Positions 48,085 through 50,533 of a stretch of 50,533 nt of DNA are shown one piece after another (positions within the stretch are counted from its first letter, which is position 1; every line of letters starts with the position of its first letter). The translations under genes and the position numbers were made by a program. Source of the stretch: Armatimonadota bacterium (lineage in GTDB: Bacteria; Armatimonadota; DTGP01; JAHWJO01); contig JBBRGS010000003.1 in the NCBI GenBank assembly GCA_038240635.1, forward strand, positions 1-50,533, written 5' to 3'. The notes under the pieces were generated by a model. It had not been told where the DNA came from and ran no database searches. It saw only the letters and a list, made by a program, of their open reading frames with translations.

Positions 48085-49962
48085 ATGGCGCCGTCGCTCG
48101 AACCCACCGAACCCAGGGCGTTGTACCTCGAAGGAGGGGAGGTCCGCTTCCAGCCGTCCGGGCGTACCGTCCATTTCTCGAAGGGCGAGGACATGCTCAC
48201 TCTTGCTCGGCGTGCGCATGTTCGTTTGTATCAGACTTGCAATGGCGCGGGAACGTGCGGCAAGTGTGTCGTTACGGTGAACGATCCCGTCTCGCCCCTC
48301 ACGGAGGAGGAGCGCACAGCCCTCACGGAAGAGCAGCGGGCCGACGGCGCTCGGCTGGCGTGTCAGGTCGTACCCCTGGGCGCCGTGGTGGTCACCGTGC
48401 CGGAAACGGGGGACCTGGACATTCTCGCGGAGGGCCTCCACCTGAATATGGCTTTGAGGCCGCGCGTGACGAAGGAAGCCGTGGAGGTCCCGCCGCCATC
48501 GCTCCACCGTCCCGCCGCCGATCTGGCGCGATTGCAGGCCCGCCTCGGCGAGCGAACAATCCTCGCGCCCCATCCGGCGATGCTTCAGTCGCTGCCGCTC
48601 GCCCTTGAGCAGGGAAGCGGCCGGGTGACGGTGGTCAGGGCGGGTGGCGTGATCGTGGCGGTGGAACCCGGCGACACGCGCGACAGCATCTATGGGATGG
48701 CGTTTGACATCGGCACCACCACCGTCGTTGGCTACCTGCGGGACCTCAACACGGGCGAACTGGTGGAAGTCGCGGCGTCGGTCAACCCTCAAACGGCGTT
48801 TGGGGCGGACGTAATCGCCCGTATCGAGCACGCCTCGCGCACGCCGCAGGGCCTCTCGGAGTTGCGCCGGGCCATCATTCAATGTCTCAATCGGCTCATC
48901 GCCGAGGCGTGCGGCGCGGCGAAAATCTCCCCGCAGGCGGTGTATGATCTCACGCTGGCGGGCAACACCACCATGCTGCATCTGGCCCTGGGCGTTCCGG
49001 TGGACAGCATCGCGCGGGCGCCCTATGCCCCGGCGGTCCTCCAGGCGCTGGAGATGCCCGCCACCGATCTCTGGCTGAAGGCACACCCTAGGGCGCGCGT
49101 GAGCCTTCTGCCGCACGTCGCCGCCTACGTGGGCGCCGACATCGTGGCCGACCTGCTCTCCTCCAATCTCATGCGCCGTGATCGGATGACGCTGCTCCTC
49201 GATTTTGGCACCAACGCCGAGATCGTCCTGGGTAGCCGAAAGCGAACGGTCGCCTGCGCGGCGGCGGCGGGGCCATGCTTCGAGGGCGGCAATATCTCGT
49301 GCGGCATGAGGGCCGCACGCGGGGCGATCTACGGCGTCCGACTGGAAGACGACCTGTTGAAGTGGGACACCATCGGCGACGCCGCGCCCGCCGGGCTGTG
49401 CGGCACCGGCCTGATTGACCTTGTGGCCCTGCTGTGCGATCACGGCGTCATCGATGAAGCGGGCAAACTTCTGCCGCCGGAGCGCGCGCCCCACGCCCCG
49501 GCGGACCTGCGCGACCGCGTGGAGGGCGAAGGGCGCCAACTGCGCTTCCGGCTCGCGGCGGCGGAGGAGTCGGCGGTGGGAACGGCGCTTTACCTCACCC
49601 AGCGCGACATCCGCGAGTTGCAGGCCGCCAAAGCCGCCATCGCCGCCGGGGTGCGCCTGTTGTGCGAACGCCTTGGCATCGACCCCAACGCCATTAGCGA
49701 GACCCTCATGGCGGGCGCTTTCGGCAACTCCATTCGCACGGAGAGCGGGATACGGCTGGGGCTGCTGCCGCGCGGGCCACACACGCGCTACCGCTCCATC
49801 GGGAACGCGGCGGGTGTCGGCGCGCAGATGGCGCTGCTCTCCGGCGCGGCGCGGCGACGGGCGGAGCGGATCGCCGAGCGGGTGGAGTATGTCGAGCTGT
49901 CGAGTGAGAAAAGCTTCACCGACGTGTTCGCCGAGGAGATGTACTTCCCCCCGAACCGCTGA
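48085..49962 (+). CDS. RACo/RamA-type reductive activator of corrinoid proteins (2Fe-2S + ASKHA, DUF4445)
   Basis: CNGAGTCGKC…RLAC ferredoxin; DIGTTT, NPQ..FGADVIARI, GNTTMLH, DFGTNAE, AAGPCFEG, GLCGTG, TQRDIRELQAAKAAI, AGAFG. Confidence 0.93.
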   Translation: MAPSLEPTEPRALYLEGGEVRFQPSGRTVHFSKGEDMLTLARRAHVRLYQTCNGAGTCGKCVVTVNDPVSPLTEEERTALTEEQRADGARLACQVVPLGAVVVTVPETGDLDILAEGLHLNMALRPRVTKEAVEVPPPSLHRPAADLARLQARLGERTILAPHPAMLQSLPLALEQGSGRVTVVRAGGVIVAVEPGDTRDSIYGMAFDIGTTTVVGYLRDLNTGELVEVAASVNPQTAFGADVIARIEHASRTPQGLSELRRAIIQCLNRLIAEACGAAKISPQAVYDLTLAGNTTMLHLALGVPVDSIARAPYAPAVLQALEMPATDLWLKAHPRARVSLLPHVAAYVGADIVADLLSSNLMRRDRMTLLLDFGTNAEIVLGSRKRTVACAAAAGPCFEGGNISCGMRAARGAIYGVRLEDDLLKWDTIGDAAPAGLCGTGLIDLVALLCDHGVIDEAGKLLPPERAPHAPADLRDRVEGEGRQLRFRLAAAEESAVGTALYLTQRDIRELQAAKAAIAAGVRLLCERLGIDPNAISETLMAGAFGNSIRTESGIRLGLLPRGPHTRYRSIGNAAGVGAQMALLSGAARRRAERIAERVEYVELSSEKSFTDVFAEEMYFPPNR

Positions 49963-49982
49963 CGCTCCCTCCTGCCCCGATG

Positions 49983-50474
49983 TTACCCTTCGCGGGGATC
50001 GGGCTGCGCGAGGACGGCCTGGGTCTGCTGTTCCCGGAAGCGATGCAGCGCCTCCCGGATCGAGTCGTCGCTGAGGGCGAGGAGCGCGGCGGCGAAGAGC
50101 GCGGCGTTCACCGCTCCGGCGCGACCTACCGCGAACGTCGCCACGGGGATTCCGGCGGGCATCTGCACCATGGAGAGAAGCGAGTCCAGCCCGTTGAGCG
50201 ACTGCGACGGCATGGGCACGCCGAGGACCGGCAGCGCGGTTTTGGCCGCCGTCACGCCGGGCAGATGCGCTGCGCCGCCCGCCCCCGCGATGATCGCCTT
50301 CAGGCCGCGCGACTCGGCGGTGGAGGCGTACTCGAAGAGGGCGTCGGGCGCCCGGTGCGCCGAGATGACGCGAACTTCGTGGGGAATACGCAGGCTCTCC
50401 AGCGTCTTCACCGCGTGAGACATCAGTTCCCAGTCCGATTTTGATCCCATCAACACACCGACCAGCGGTTCCAT
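49983..50474 (-). CDS. purE: N5-CAIR mutase PurE
   Basis: MGSKSD, SAHR.P, AGAGGAAHLPG, GLDSLLS.VQMP.GIPVAT; GAAGGAG RBS. Confidence 0.97.
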   Translation of the reverse strand: MEPLVGVLMGSKSDWELMSHAVKTLESLRIPHEVRVISAHRAPDALFEYASTAESRGLKAIIAGAGGAAHLPGVTAAKTALPVLGVPMPSQSLNGLDSLLSMVQMPAGIPVATFAVGRAGAVNAALFAAALLALSDDSIREALHRFREQQTQAVLAQPDPREG

Positions 50475-50533
50475 CGTTCGCTCCTTCATACGTCAGAGGG
50501 GGATGAAGAGAGGCCAGCCCCGTCATACTGTAG

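Noticed and set aside
48052-50526. 824-aa minus-strand ORF
   Set aside because: Antisense shadow of the RACo gene that also overlaps purE out of frame; Arg/Ala-rich with no motifs
1-50533. tRNA, rRNA or CRISPR arrays
   Set aside because: None recognised by eye on either strand

Overview
GC-rich bacterial chromosomal window, possibly Armatimonadota. That assignment is inference from the '[14 protein letters not shown]' prepilin-like proteins, the CsaB+DUF5693 pair and the SpoIVB/beta-propeller fusion. Left to right it carries: ricT; a site-2 protease convergent with an ECF sigma/ZAS anti-sigma/RseB-like cluster; a Tat-exported Fe/Mn SOD; csaB-DUF5693; a 1.6-kaa secreted SpoIVB(S55)/propeller protein; an FG-GAP+dockerin protein; a stand-alone cyanophycin-synthetase N-domain gene, a STAS gene and an orphan GlmL/MutL gene; three tandem hypervariable prepilin-type H-X9-DG (DUF1559) genes; a polysaccharide block (epimerase, SAM methyltransferase, gmhA, priming sugar transferase, wzi); pgeF; a ~15.4-kb corrinoid methyl-transfer locus; and purE. 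The corrinoid locus holds seven UroD/MtaA-fold paralogues, a corrinoid protein, a stand-alone homocysteine methyltransferase domain, DUF1638, a SAM O-methyltransferase and a divergent RACo/DUF4445 activator, and it is interrupted by an intact tnpB-only IS200/IS605 element. The best candidates for new biology are this multi-input, apparently folate-free B12 methyl-transfer system, the stand-alone CphA-N putative metallopeptidase, and the diversifying pilin-like array. All family calls come from motif recognition by eye; no database searches were run.
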